From an uncultured Gemmatimonadales bacterium (GTDB lineage Bacteria > Gemmatimonadota > Gemmatimonadetes > Gemmatimonadales > GWC2-71-9), in assembly GCA_963828735.1 (NCBI GenBank), contig CAWHFW010000005.1:2240001-2304000 (forward strand): DNA of 64,000 nucleotides, given 5' to 3'. Of the stretch, positions 1 through 9,171 are shown piece by piece. How positions within the stretch are numbered: the stretch's first letter is position 1; every line of letters begins with the position of its first letter. A model generated the notes under the pieces. That model searched no databases. It saw only the letters and a program-made list of their open reading frames with translations, and had not been told where the DNA came from. A program made the position numbers and the translations under genes.

Positions 1-168
1 GAACTCGTTCTGCCGGATGACCACGTCGACGCCGCGCAGGGCGTGAACGATCTCGCCCCCCATGTCGTAGTCTCGCTGGAGATTGCGGGTCACGATCACC
101 GCGTCGCGCGGGATGTCGGTCGGCAGCATCGCCATCCGTTCGGCGGTGTCACCCAGCCTCGCGGTCAC
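1..168 (-). CDS. ABC transporter ATP-binding protein, MacB/LolD-like (N-terminal part; runs off window start)
   Basis: Manual translation ...VIVTRNLQRDYDMGGEIVHALRGVDVVIRQNEF, a typical pre-Walker A segment; GTG start overlaps the TolC stop (GTGA). Confidence 0.8.
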   Translation of the reverse strand, partial: MTARLGDTAERMAMLPTDIPRDAVIVTRNLQRDYDMGGEIVHALRGVDVVIRQNEF

Positions 169-1463
169 AGCGTCCGTCCCATCAGCGCCTCGAGCTGCGC
201 CTTGGCGCGGAGATAGTCGAACCGGGCATTCACCACGTCCACCTCCGCCTGGTTGAGGGCTTCCTGCGAGGTCAGTACGTCCACGATGGTCGAGGCTCCG
301 AGCTGGTAACGCTGCTGCTGGACCCGGAGGTCCTCGGTGGCGGCGGCGACGCTCGTGGCCGTGATGTCGATCTTCGAGCGCGCCGCGTCGAGCTCGGCGA
401 CGCGCTGCGTGAGCTCCGCATCCACCCCGCGGCGCTCGTCGGCCGCGGACGCCTCGGCGACGTCGAGGCTCGCCTCGCGCTGGGCGATGGTGAGCTCGCG
501 ATCGAACCCGTTGAAGATGCTCCAGCTGAGTCCGAGGCTCACCTGGCGCTGATTGAGGAAGGTGTAGCCGGTGCTGCCGGTGGCATTCCAGCCCGTGCTC
601 GCCGCGAGCGTGAGGCTGGGCCAATAGGCCGCGCGGGAGGCGCGCAGGTTCGCCTGGGCCACCTGTGTGCCGGCTACCGCGGTCTGGATCCGAGGGGACC
701 GAGCCTCGGTCTCCTGTCTGATGGCCTCCGTGTCCACCGTCGCCATCACCTGCCGAAAGCTCGAGTCGTCCAGGGCCCGCACCCGGCCGGTCTGGCCGAC
801 CAGCCGGGCGAGGCCGGCTTCGGCAGTCGCGAGGTCGGTCCTTGCCTGAATGAGGTCGAGCTGGGCGCTGCCCAGGTTGACCAGCGAGCGAAGCGAATCC
901 GAGCGCGTCGCCGATCCGGCGTGAAGCTTGGCCACCGAGACCTTCAGCTGCTCCTGGGCTCGACGGACGCTCGCCTCGCGCACGCCGACCAATTGGCTCG
1001 CGCTCAGCGCATCGAAGAACTGGTTGGTAGTCGCGAGCGCCTGCTGGAATCGGGCATCCACCAGTCCCGCGGCGGCCTGGTTCTCGCCGGCCTGGGCGGC
1101 GTTCATCTCCGCGCCCCGCCGAAAGCCGGTGAAGACGTCCACGCTCGCCCTGAGCGAAGCATTGAGGCTGCGGTTCGTCGAGTTGCCCGACAGCACCTGG
1201 CCGGTGATGGGATCGATCCGCGACGCGCCCTCGGAGAAGAAGTCGCTGGCCGAGGAGTTGGCGCTGACCGTCGGCAGGAAGGCTCCCCAGCTGCTCCGCC
1301 GCTGCGCGGCGGCCGTCTGGATGTCTGCCTCCGCCTGCACCACCCCCGGCTGGGTCCGCTCCGCCAGCTTGATCGCCTCCGCGAGTGTGACGGCGCGGTC
1401 CTGCGCCGCCAGGCGCAGGGGGGCAGCAAGCAGCACCAGCACGACCAGCGTCACGCGGTTCAT
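165..1463 (-). CDS. TolC family outer membrane efflux protein
   Basis: Signal peptide MNRVTLVVLVLLAAPLRLAAQD, two OEP-like helical repeats, YWPSLTL, C-terminal 'RYQLGASTIVDVL...QLEALMG'. Confidence 0.9.
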   Translation of the reverse strand: MNRVTLVVLVLLAAPLRLAAQDRAVTLAEAIKLAERTQPGVVQAEADIQTAAAQRRSSWGAFLPTVSANSSASDFFSEGASRIDPITGQVLSGNSTNRSLNASLRASVDVFTGFRRGAEMNAAQAGENQAAAGLVDARFQQALATTNQFFDALSASQLVGVREASVRRAQEQLKVSVAKLHAGSATRSDSLRSLVNLGSAQLDLIQARTDLATAEAGLARLVGQTGRVRALDDSSFRQVMATVDTEAIRQETEARSPRIQTAVAGTQVAQANLRASRAAYWPSLTLAASTGWNATGSTGYTFLNQRQVSLGLSWSIFNGFDRELTIAQREASLDVAEASAADERRGVDAELTQRVAELDAARSKIDITATSVAAATEDLRVQQQRYQLGASTIVDVLTSQEALNQAEVDVVNARFDYLRAKAQLEALMGRTL

Positions 1464-1816
1464 GCAGTTCCCGAAGGTCAGGGTCGACAGCGGAAGATAG
1501 TCCTGGAGAGACCCAACGACAGATTCGCCGACGGACGCAGGCGTCGAACCGGCCGGGCGCCGAGGTACGGCGCCTGGACCCCGGCCGATCGCTGGCGCGT
1601 CTGTCACTGCTTTGGGGTGCCGCCCCGGCTACCGTGGGCTCCCGCAACGACGGGTACACCCATGACGGCCCGGGCGTTGGTCGGCCGGCCCCAACGCGGA
1701 TTGGGGGTCGCCTGTATACTCGGGCGTCGTTCGGTGCCATCATCCGTCATGTCCAAGGACGCGATACGACCGATTCAGCACTCGCCCGGACCCCGTCCGA
1801 GCCCCGGCCCCTGGCC

Positions 1817-2419
1817 GTGAGCCAAGGGCCGGGCCCGGTCCGGACCGCGCAGCCTCCGCCCGAGCCTCCGGACCCGGAAGAGGCCGCCGCCGTAGTGCGC
1901 GCCCAGGCTGGTGACGGCGAGGCGTTCGACCTCCTCGTGCGACGGTACATGCGCACGGCCTACGCGGTCGCATACCGGCTGCTGGGGCATCGGGAGGACG
2001 CCGAGGACGTCGTGCAGGAGGCGTTTCTCGCCGCGCTCGCCAACATCCGGACGTTCGATACCACCCGGAAGTTCGGACCGTGGCTCTACCGGATCGTGGT
2101 GACCCGTGGACTCAACTTCAGGAAATCGCGCAGCCGGCGGGCCGCAGAACCGCTCGAGGACGCTGGGGTTGCGAGCGCGGATCCTGGTCCGGCGGCGGCC
2201 GCGGAATACGCGGGACTCAAGGCGACGGTGGCGGCGGCCCTCGAGCAGCTTCCAGAGCGCCAACGAACGGTGGTTCAGTTGTTCGAGCTGGATGGCTTCT
2301 CCGGCGCCGAGATCGCGGCGATGCTCGGCATCTCCCCCGGAACCGTGCGGTGGTACCTCCACGAGGCGCGGCAGTCGCTTCGCGACACGCTCGCCCACCT
2401 GCAGGAGACCCTAGGATGA
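1817..2419 (+). CDS. ECF RNA polymerase sigma factor
   Basis: AEDVVQEAF, FGPWLYRI (region 2), LEQLPERQR and EIAAMLGISPGTVRWYL (region 4); start approximate. Confidence 0.9.
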   Translation: MSQGPGPVRTAQPPPEPPDPEEAAAVVRAQAGDGEAFDLLVRRYMRTAYAVAYRLLGHREDAEDVVQEAFLAALANIRTFDTTRKFGPWLYRIVVTRGLNFRKSRSRRAAEPLEDAGVASADPGPAAAAEYAGLKATVAAALEQLPERQRTVVQLFELDGFSGAEIAAMLGISPGTVRWYLHEARQSLRDTLAHLQETLG

Positions 2420-2838
2420 ACGATCCCTCGCGGTGGTCTTTCGACCAGGATCCGCCTCGTGACGAGGCGCTCGCGCGGCTGCTCCGCGCCGCCGACGAGC
2501 CCGCGCCGGGCGCCGACGTCGATTGGGAACGCCTTCACGCTCGGATCCTCCGGGGCCGGGGGCCGGACACCGGGGTCGCACCGGGGCCTCGGGAATGGTG
2601 GGATGTCGTGGTGCAGTGGCGGCGGCTCGCCCTGGCGGCGAGCGCGGCGGCCATCCTCGCCGCAGCGGCTCTGTTGTGGCGCACCGACTCGACCGGCTCG
2701 GAGCTCTCGCTCACCGATGCGGCTCCCGAATCGGCGGCGCTCGCGCGCGTCGTCGCCGCGTACCCGGACGAGGCCGTGTTGACCTCCATGCTGGAGGACG
2801 GCCGCAACGACGAGTTCACTTCGTGGGACACCCAATGA
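2416..2838 (+). CDS. Single-TM protein, putative anti-sigma factor
   Basis: ATGA overlap with sigma stop; one hydrophobic segment LALAASAAAILAAAALLW; position directly after the ECF gene. Confidence 0.6.
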   Translation: MNDPSRWSFDQDPPRDEALARLLRAADEPAPGADVDWERLHARILRGRGPDTGVAPGPREWWDVVVQWRRLALAASAAAILAAAALLWRTDSTGSELSLTDAAPESAALARVVAAYPDEAVLTSMLEDGRNDEFTSWDTQ

Positions 2839-3248
2839 GCGAGCTGCGCAGGTCCCGGGTGGTTGCCGGCGTTGTCATCGTGCTGGTCCTGCTCGCCGGT
2901 GTGGCGATCGGCTTCTTCCTGCATCATGAGGTGCCGTGGCGTCACGGCCCGCCCGGCTTCGGCGTGGGCGGCCCGCCGCCGGGCCGGCCGCCGGAGGTCA
3001 AGAAGCGAATGCTCGACCGGCTCGATCGCGACCTCAAGCTGACGCCCGACCAGCATGCGCGGATCGACACGGTCCTGACGCACCGCGAGGCCGATCTTCA
3101 TGCCTTGATGCTCGAGACCCGGCCCCGCTTCGACTCGATCGCCGCGCGCACCCGCTCCGAGATCCAGGCGGTGCTCACGCCGGAGCAGCGCGAGGAGTTC
3201 GGGAAGATCGTCAAACAGATGGAGAGCCGTCGGGGGAGGAGGCAGTAG
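2835..3248 (+). CDS. Membrane-anchored Spy/CpxP-like (LTxxQ) periplasmic protein
   Basis: N-terminal TM, motifs LKLTPDQ and VLTPEQREEF; ATGA coupling to the upstream gene. Confidence 0.7.
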   Translation: MSELRRSRVVAGVVIVLVLLAGVAIGFFLHHEVPWRHGPPGFGVGGPPPGRPPEVKKRMLDRLDRDLKLTPDQHARIDTVLTHREADLHALMLETRPRFDSIAARTRSEIQAVLTPEQREEFGKIVKQMESRRGRRQ

Positions 3249-3336
3249 TAGTCGGGCGATGGGAGTGGGATGACGGTGCCGCTTCACGGCACCACGTTCA
3301 TCCCGCGCACTGGCTCGGCCGCCCGACGGGCCTCTT

Positions 3337-4731
3337 TCACCGATCCGCCCTCCTCCTGAACGCCTCCCGCCACGCGCTGATCGCGAGCCAGCCGCAGAGG
3401 ATGCCGAATGCATACGCCGTCGCCTTCGGCAGCGCAAAGAACAGGGCCCCCAGGGACACCAGGACCGCGCTCAGCGGCAGGAAGATGGAGCGGCGGGCGT
3501 TGGACATCAGGGCGCGTACGGCGAGCGCGGCCCGCTTGCGCCGTTCCCGGCCCGTCGGCTCGTGCGCCCTCGGGGCGACCTCGGGTGCCTCGTGGCGCAG
3601 CACGGTCGGCAGCGCCGCGCTCAACCGGTGCGGGCCTCGCGCTGGACGGCGGATCACCTCGCGACTTCGGGCCACGTCCAGCCGGAACTGGCGCTCCATG
3701 GCCTCGGCGAGCTGCGAGTCCTCGATGAGGACGTCGAGCTCCCAGTTGCCCAGCAGGCTCGAGGGATTGAGGTTGCTCGATCCCACGCGCGACCAGCGGC
3801 CGTCGGCCACGATGGTCTTCGCGTGCAGCATCGGCCCGTCCCACTCGAAGATCCGGACCCCGTTCCGCAGCAGGTCGCGGTAGCCGATGCGGGAGAGGTT
3901 GCGCACCAGCGGCAGGTCGCTCGAGCCCGGCACCAGCAGACGGACGTCCACGCCGTCGCGCGCGGCGTCGCGCAGCGCCTGGAACAGCCGGGGCGGTGCG
4001 ACGAGGTAGGCGTCGGTGATCCAGAGCCGGTTGATGCTCCCGGCCGCCAGCAGCTCGATCACCCGGTAGGTCCGCTCGCGCGCCGGCTCGCCGCCGATGA
4101 TGCGGACCTCCGCGTCACCCTGAGGGGTGACCCGTCCGGCGGCGTCGTCGTCCGGCAGGCGGCCACCGGCGATCTCCCAGGTCCGCGCGAACGCCTGGTC
4201 CAGCACCGCCGCCGCGGGGCCCGCGATCCGCACCGCGGTGTCGCGCCATGGACTTCCATCGTCCGCCTCCTCGCCGGTCCACTCGCAGCCGATGCACAGC
4301 CCGCCGATGACCGAGCGCGATCCGTCGGCCACGACCAGCTTCCGATGGTTGCGGGAGAAGTTCGACACGAGATCAATGGCGGACAGCGGCCGGAACGCAC
4401 GCACCTCGACTCCCGCCTCCCGCAGCGCGCGCCAGTAGGAGCGCGGCGTGCCGATACTGCCGAGCCCGTCGTAGAGCACGCGGACGTGCACGCCCTCGCG
4501 GGCGCGGCGCATGAGGAGGTCGGCGAATCGGCTGCCCGCCGCGTCGGCGCGGATGATGTAGTTCTCGAAATGGATCCAGCGGCTGGCCCCGGCGATGACC
4601 TCGAGCATCGCATCGTACGCGCACGGGCCGTCGATCAGGAGCTCGACCTCGTTCCCCGGAATGGGGCGTCCGCCGGCCGCGCGATTGATCGCGCTCGCAA
4701 CCGTCTGCTCGGCGCCGCCCGCAGCCGTCAT
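3337..4731 (-). CDS. cls: Cardiolipin synthase / phospholipase D family
   Basis: Two HKD motifs (RNHRKLVVAD, MLHAKTIVAD...GSSN), PGNEVELLIDG, WRDT. Confidence 0.85.
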   Translation of the reverse strand: MTAAGGAEQTVASAINRAAGGRPIPGNEVELLIDGPCAYDAMLEVIAGASRWIHFENYIIRADAAGSRFADLLMRRAREGVHVRVLYDGLGSIGTPRSYWRALREAGVEVRAFRPLSAIDLVSNFSRNHRKLVVADGSRSVIGGLCIGCEWTGEEADDGSPWRDTAVRIAGPAAAVLDQAFARTWEIAGGRLPDDDAAGRVTPQGDAEVRIIGGEPARERTYRVIELLAAGSINRLWITDAYLVAPPRLFQALRDAARDGVDVRLLVPGSSDLPLVRNLSRIGYRDLLRNGVRIFEWDGPMLHAKTIVADGRWSRVGSSNLNPSSLLGNWELDVLIEDSQLAEAMERQFRLDVARSREVIRRPARGPHRLSAALPTVLRHEAPEVAPRAHEPTGRERRKRAALAVRALMSNARRSIFLPLSAVLVSLGALFFALPKATAYAFGILCGWLAISAWREAFRRRADR

Positions 4732-5303
4732 GCCCCGCCGAGGCCCAGCTGGCGCTCGTGAGGCCTGAGGGCCTCCAGCACGAACGCGATGTGCTCGTCG
4801 AGCGGCACGCCGAGCTCGGCGGCGCCCTGCATCACGTCGTCGCGGCTCACGCCGCGCGCGAAGGCCTTGTCCTTGAGCTTCTTCTTGACGCTCGACACCT
4901 CGAGGTCCTGGAGGCTCCGGGACGGCCGCACGAGCGCGCAAGCCACCAGGAAGCCGCACAGCTCGTCCACGGCGAATAGCGCGCGGGCCATGGGCGTGTC
5001 ACGCGGCACGCCGGTGTAGGTGGCGTGGCCGAGGATCGCGCGGCCGCTCGACTCCGGCAGCCCCGCCGCGGTGAGAATGCGCACGCCTTCCGCCGGATGC
5101 TCCTCGGTGGCCGAGTGCGCGGCGTTCGGGAACCGCTCGTAGTCGAAGTCGTGCACCAGCCCGACCACGCCCCAGGCTTCCACGTCCTCGCCGGCCCGCG
5201 CGGCCATGGCTCGCATCGCGATCTCCACGGCGTACATGTGCTTCCGGAGGGCGTCGGACGCGGTGTACTCCTGCATCAGGGCGAGCGCGCGATCGCGGTC
5301 CAT
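4728..5303 (-). CDS. HD-domain phosphohydrolase
   Basis: LRKHM...GLVHDFD...H...AVDEL, LVRPS, KKLKDKAFA. Confidence 0.85.
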   Translation of the reverse strand: MDRDRALALMQEYTASDALRKHMYAVEIAMRAMAARAGEDVEAWGVVGLVHDFDYERFPNAAHSATEEHPAEGVRILTAAGLPESSGRAILGHATYTGVPRDTPMARALFAVDELCGFLVACALVRPSRSLQDLEVSSVKKKLKDKAFARGVSRDDVMQGAAELGVPLDEHIAFVLEALRPHERQLGLGGA

Positions 5304-5304
5304 G

Positions 5305-5412
5305 GCAGTGAGGGGTAGGCGGTGAGTGGTAAGCAGTGCGCGGCGAGTGGTGGTTGCCCGCTGGTGGACGGTGAATGGTAAACCATCCCGGTCACCGCTC
5401 ACCACTCACTGC
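5305..5412. repeat. Degenerate heptamer tandem repeat (about GYRGTRA, ~10 copies) with 3 inverted copies
   Basis: gcagtga ggggtag gcggtga gtggtaa gcagtgc gcggcga gtggtgg ... ctggtgg acggtga atggtaa ... tcaccgc tcaccac tcactgc. Confidence 0.65.
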
Positions 5413-5804
5413 TGTTGCGCGTACCCTGCGGTGAGCGGCACCCGCGTCGCCATCTCGCCGTCCAGCGAGATCTCAAACGCGTAGGTACCTGGGCGCGGAA
5501 GCGGGATGTCGAATACGAGCACGGCGCCGGCCTCGACATCCACCACGCCGGCCGGAGGCTCCCCGAACTGTACGGTCCCCTCGCCGCCGAGGAGCTCCGT
5601 CCCGGCCTCGTCCACGAAGCGGATGCGGATCGAGTGGATCCCGATCTCCGTCCGCCGGCCCCGCACGCGCAGCACGAGGTGCGTGCGCGGACAGATGGAC
5701 GGAAAGGTGGTGAGCCATACGTGCTGAAACATGCCGAGCACGCTCAACTTGCCCTGCTGGTCGATCAGGGCGTAGTCGGCGACGATCGCGAAATCGAGAT
5801 GCAG
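5406..5804 (-). CDS. Conserved hypothetical beta-sandwich protein (DUF6941-like)
   Basis: Frame extends upstream of the tracked ORF as (L)HLDFAIVADYALIDQQGKLSVLGMF; PGTYAFEISLDGE; likely CTG start. Confidence 0.65.
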   Translation of the reverse strand: MHLDFAIVADYALIDQQGKLSVLGMFQHVWLTTFPSICPRTHLVLRVRGRRTEIGIHSIRIRFVDEAGTELLGGEGTVQFGEPPAGVVDVEAGAVLVFDIPLPRPGTYAFEISLDGEMATRVPLTAGYAQQQ

Positions 5805-5805
5805 C

Positions 5806-6255
5806 TCACGCCACCCGGATCGAGGTGATGACGTCGTTCTGCCGGATGCTGTTCACGATGTCCATGCCCTCGCGGACTTGCCCGAAGACGGTATGGACCC
5901 GATCGAGATGCGGCTGCGGGGCATGACAGATGAAGAACTGGCTGCCGCCGGTGTCCTTGCCGGCGTGCGCCATCGAGAGCGTCCCGGCGACGTGCTTGTG
6001 GGTGTTGAGGTGGGTCTCGCACTTGATCTTGTAGCCCGGGCCGCCGGTCCCGACCCGCGGGTTGTTCGGATCCTTCGAGAGCGGGTCGCCGCCCTGGATC
6101 ATGAAGTTGTTGATCACGCGGTGGAACCGGGTGCCGTCGTAGAACTCGCTGTTGGCCAGCTTCTCGAAGTTGGCGACGGTATTGGGCGTTTCGCCGTCGA
6201 ACAGGTCGGCGAGGATGGTGCCCTTGCTGGTTTCGATCGTGGCGGTCTTGGTCAC
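5806..6255 (-). CDS. Cyclophilin-type peptidyl-prolyl isomerase
   Basis: [40 protein letters not shown]. Confidence 0.95.
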   Translation of the reverse strand: MTKTATIETSKGTILADLFDGETPNTVANFEKLANSEFYDGTRFHRVINNFMIQGGDPLSKDPNNPRVGTGGPGYKIKCETHLNTHKHVAGTLSMAHAGKDTGGSQFFICHAPQPHLDRVHTVFGQVREGMDIVNSIRQNDVITSIRVA

Positions 6256-6285
6256 GGTACGCGTACTCCGAAGAGGGTCCGGGGG

Positions 6286-9171
6286 CTAATCTAACACCGT
6301 CGTGACGAGGCCAGCCTCGCGGAGAAACAGGTCGCCGCCGGTCGGGCGTCCGTCGCGCTGCGACGAGCGCGTGAGGACCAGCCGGTCCTTGGCGCGGGTC
6401 ATGCCCACGTAGAGCAGGCGGCGCGCCTCCTGGATCTCCTTCCACTCCTCGTTGTCGAGGGCGACCGCGCCGGGGATCTGATTGTCCTCGACGCCCACGA
6501 TGTAGACCCGCGAGAACTCGAGGCCCTTGGTCGCGTGGAGCGTGAGCAGGCTCACACGCCGGTCGTCGGTTCGACTTCCGTCGCTCCGTGACAGCGCGAC
6601 GCGGTTGAGCAGCAGGGCGATACTCTCGGCCAGGGACGGCGCGGTGCTCGAGTCAACCAGCGCTTCGAGCCGGGCCGCCGACGGCGGGTACCGCTCGGCC
6701 ACGGAGCGGTCGGTCCGCATCCGCTCCATCAGGCGCTGGCCGCCCAAGCGCTCGACCAGCTCCTCTGCGGATGGGGCATCCGTGCCGGCCGCCTGCTCGG
6801 CGTAGGCCTCGAGACACCCGCTGTAACGGCCCAGGGCCGCGGGCAGGGCGACGTCCCGGAGGACTCGTTCCTCCGGGGTCGGCTCCGCGGGCGCATCGAT
6901 CGCGAGCGCGAGGCCGAGCCACCCGAGCAGCTGCACCAGTGCGGTCTTCCTCGCGCGTACCAGGCGCAGCTCGCCCAGGTGCCGGGCCACGCCGACGAGC
7001 GTGGTCGCGTCGTCGATCGCGTGGTGGGACCGGCCGCGCGAGACGCCGAACCGGTGCGCGAGGTCCTCGAGGCGCGCGCTCTCGTCCATGAGCGAGCGCG
7101 CGAGCGGCAGCGTGTCGAAGAAGACCAGCTCCTCGACGCCCGGAAGGCCGGAGGCCAGGCGGCGGAGCACGGGGACGTCGAACGTGTGGCCGTTGTGCGC
7201 CACCAGCAGGTCTTCGCCCACGAACTCGCGGAACGCGGGCCACACGTCCGCGAACGGCGGCTGATCGCACACATCGGACTCGCGATAGCCGTGCACGGCC
7301 GTCGCTCGCGGCGTGATGGGCCGCGACGGTCGGACGAGGCGCTGAAACTGGTCCACGACGACCCGGCCTCGCACCCGCACCGCCGCCAGCTCCACGACAT
7401 CGCACTCGCCGGCGTCCATCTCGGTCGTCTCGAGGTCGAACGCGACGTAGTCTTGCAGCGGATCGGTGAGCCCGCGGCACTGCAGAAGCTGCAGTGCCTT
7501 GAAGATCAGGAAGGGGCGTGCGCTGCCGGCGCGAAGCACGAGATCGCCGGGGGCGGGCCGATTGCCGGGCGCGAGCCGGTGAACGCGGTCGCCGACGACG
7601 GCACGGAGCATCGGCAGCAGCGCGAGCTCGAGTCCGCGGTCCGGCTCGAGCCAGACGGTGGCGCCGGCGTCCCGGGTCTCCCGCAGCCGGTCGGCCAGGT
7701 GCGTCGCGCCCGGCACCTCGGCCGGATCCGTGAGCTCCGCCGCACGCTCGTCCAGGGGATTGCGATACCGGCCGAGGCGCTCCGACAGCAATGCGTCCAC
7801 GAGATCGCGGATGGACTCGTGGGTGCGGCTCAGGCCGGCCAGGTTCTCGACGTGAAAGACGAATCGCCACGCGTGCCTGGCGTCCGGATCGCCGCGCATC
7901 GTCCGGGCGAATACCCGAAGTCCGGTGAGCAGGTCGAGAGTGCGGTGGGTGGCGCGGATCCGGCTCACCAGCGCGGGCGGGAGGACCTGCTCGGCGAACG
8001 CCTCGACCCGCAACGGATCGTCGGGCGCCTGAATGATGCGCAGGCTCGCCACGATCGCCCCGATCAGCTCGTCGTCCAGCAGCGCCTGGCCGCGCGCCAT
8101 GAGGCAGGGGATGCCGGCCTCGATGAAGCGGGTCTCGAGCCGCTGCCCGATGCGGTGGGACCGGTAGAGCACGCCGTATTCCCCCCAGTCGAGCGCCGAG
8201 GCCGCCCGATCGCGCAGCAGGTCGGACACCACCCACTCGGCCTCGCAGGTTTCGTCGGGAAAGGCGGCCGCGGTGACGCAGTGGTCCGACTCGCGGGTGG
8301 CCTCGAGCCGCTTCTCGAACAGGCCCGGGTTCCGGGTGACCAGCTGGCGGGCGGTCTCGAAGATCTGGCGCGAGCACCGGCGGTTGAGATCGAGGATGAT
8401 GGGCTCGGCGATGCCGAAGTCGTCCCGGAAGCGGCCCAGGATAGCCGGATCGGCGCCGGTCCAGGAGAAGATGGACTGCTCGTCATCGCCCACGGCGAAG
8501 CAGTTGCGGTGCCGGGCGGCCAGCTCGGTCACGACCTCGTACTGAGCCAGGCTCAAGTCCTGGAACTCGTCCACCAGGACGTAGTCCCAGCGATTTCTCA
8601 CGTCCGCGCGAACGTCCTCGCGGCTCCGGAGGAGCTCGCCCGCGCGCGCGATCAAGTCGTCGTAGTCCAGCAGATTCCTGAGCCGGAGGGCGTCGGTGTA
8701 GGCGGCGAACAGGTCCTGGTCGCCGGGGGTCAGCGGCACGTGCTGGAGGCGATGCCGGCCGAACTGGAGCAGGAGCGCCCCGTGGCGCTCGGGCCGGACA
8801 CGGAGACGGCGCAGGACCCGCCGCTGGTAGTCGTCGTCGGCGATCCCGAAACCGCGTTTCAGGCCCGCGGCCGCCGCGTGATCCCGCAGGAGGCCGAAGC
8901 AGAGCGCGTGCAGCGTTCCGCGGGTGACGTCCTCGGCGAGCGGGCCGATCTCCCGCTGGAGCCGGGAGGCGATCTCGTCGGCGGCCTTGTTGGTGAAGGT
9001 GACCGCGCAGATGCGGCGTGGGTCGAAGCCGTGCCAGGCGATCAGCCGCGCGATGCGCGCGATGAGGCAGTAGGTCTTGCCGGCGCCCGGGCCGGCGACG
9101 ACGAGCACCGGGCCGAGCGGAGCCTCGATGGCCTGGCGCTGCGCGGAGGACGGGTCGAGGGCCAGGCTCAG
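6286..9171 (-). CDS. UvrD/PcrA-like SF1 helicase with inserted DnaQ-type (DEDDh) 3'-5' exonuclease domain
   Basis: AGPGAGKT, VTFTNKAA, VDEFQD, VGDDEQSIF, TLHATKGLEF, RLLYVGMTRAK; internal AFDLETT..AHNGHTFD..HHAIDD; start is CTG 9171 or GTG 9210. Confidence 0.9.
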   Translation of the reverse strand: MSLALDPSSAQRQAIEAPLGPVLVVAGPGAGKTYCLIARIARLIAWHGFDPRRICAVTFTNKAADEIASRLQREIGPLAEDVTRGTLHALCFGLLRDHAAAAGLKRGFGIADDDYQRRVLRRLRVRPERHGALLLQFGRHRLQHVPLTPGDQDLFAAYTDALRLRNLLDYDDLIARAGELLRSREDVRADVRNRWDYVLVDEFQDLSLAQYEVVTELAARHRNCFAVGDDEQSIFSWTGADPAILGRFRDDFGIAEPIILDLNRRCSRQIFETARQLVTRNPGLFEKRLEATRESDHCVTAAAFPDETCEAEWVVSDLLRDRAASALDWGEYGVLYRSHRIGQRLETRFIEAGIPCLMARGQALLDDELIGAIVASLRIIQAPDDPLRVEAFAEQVLPPALVSRIRATHRTLDLLTGLRVFARTMRGDPDARHAWRFVFHVENLAGLSRTHESIRDLVDALLSERLGRYRNPLDERAAELTDPAEVPGATHLADRLRETRDAGATVWLEPDRGLELALLPMLRAVVGDRVHRLAPGNRPAPGDLVLRAGSARPFLIFKALQLLQCRGLTDPLQDYVAFDLETTEMDAGECDVVELAAVRVRGRVVVDQFQRLVRPSRPITPRATAVHGYRESDVCDQPPFADVWPAFREFVGEDLLVAHNGHTFDVPVLRRLASGLPGVEELVFFDTLPLARSLMDESARLEDLAHRFGVSRGRSHHAIDDATTLVGVARHLGELRLVRARKTALVQLLGWLGLALAIDAPAEPTPEERVLRDVALPAALGRYSGCLEAYAEQAAGTDAPSAEELVERLGGQRLMERMRTDRSVAERYPPSAARLEALVDSSTAPSLAESIALLLNRVALSRSDGSRTDDRRVSLLTLHATKGLEFSRVYIVGVEDNQIPGAVALDNEEWKEIQEARRLLYVGMTRAKDRLVLTRSSQRDGRPTGGDLFLREAGLVTTVLD

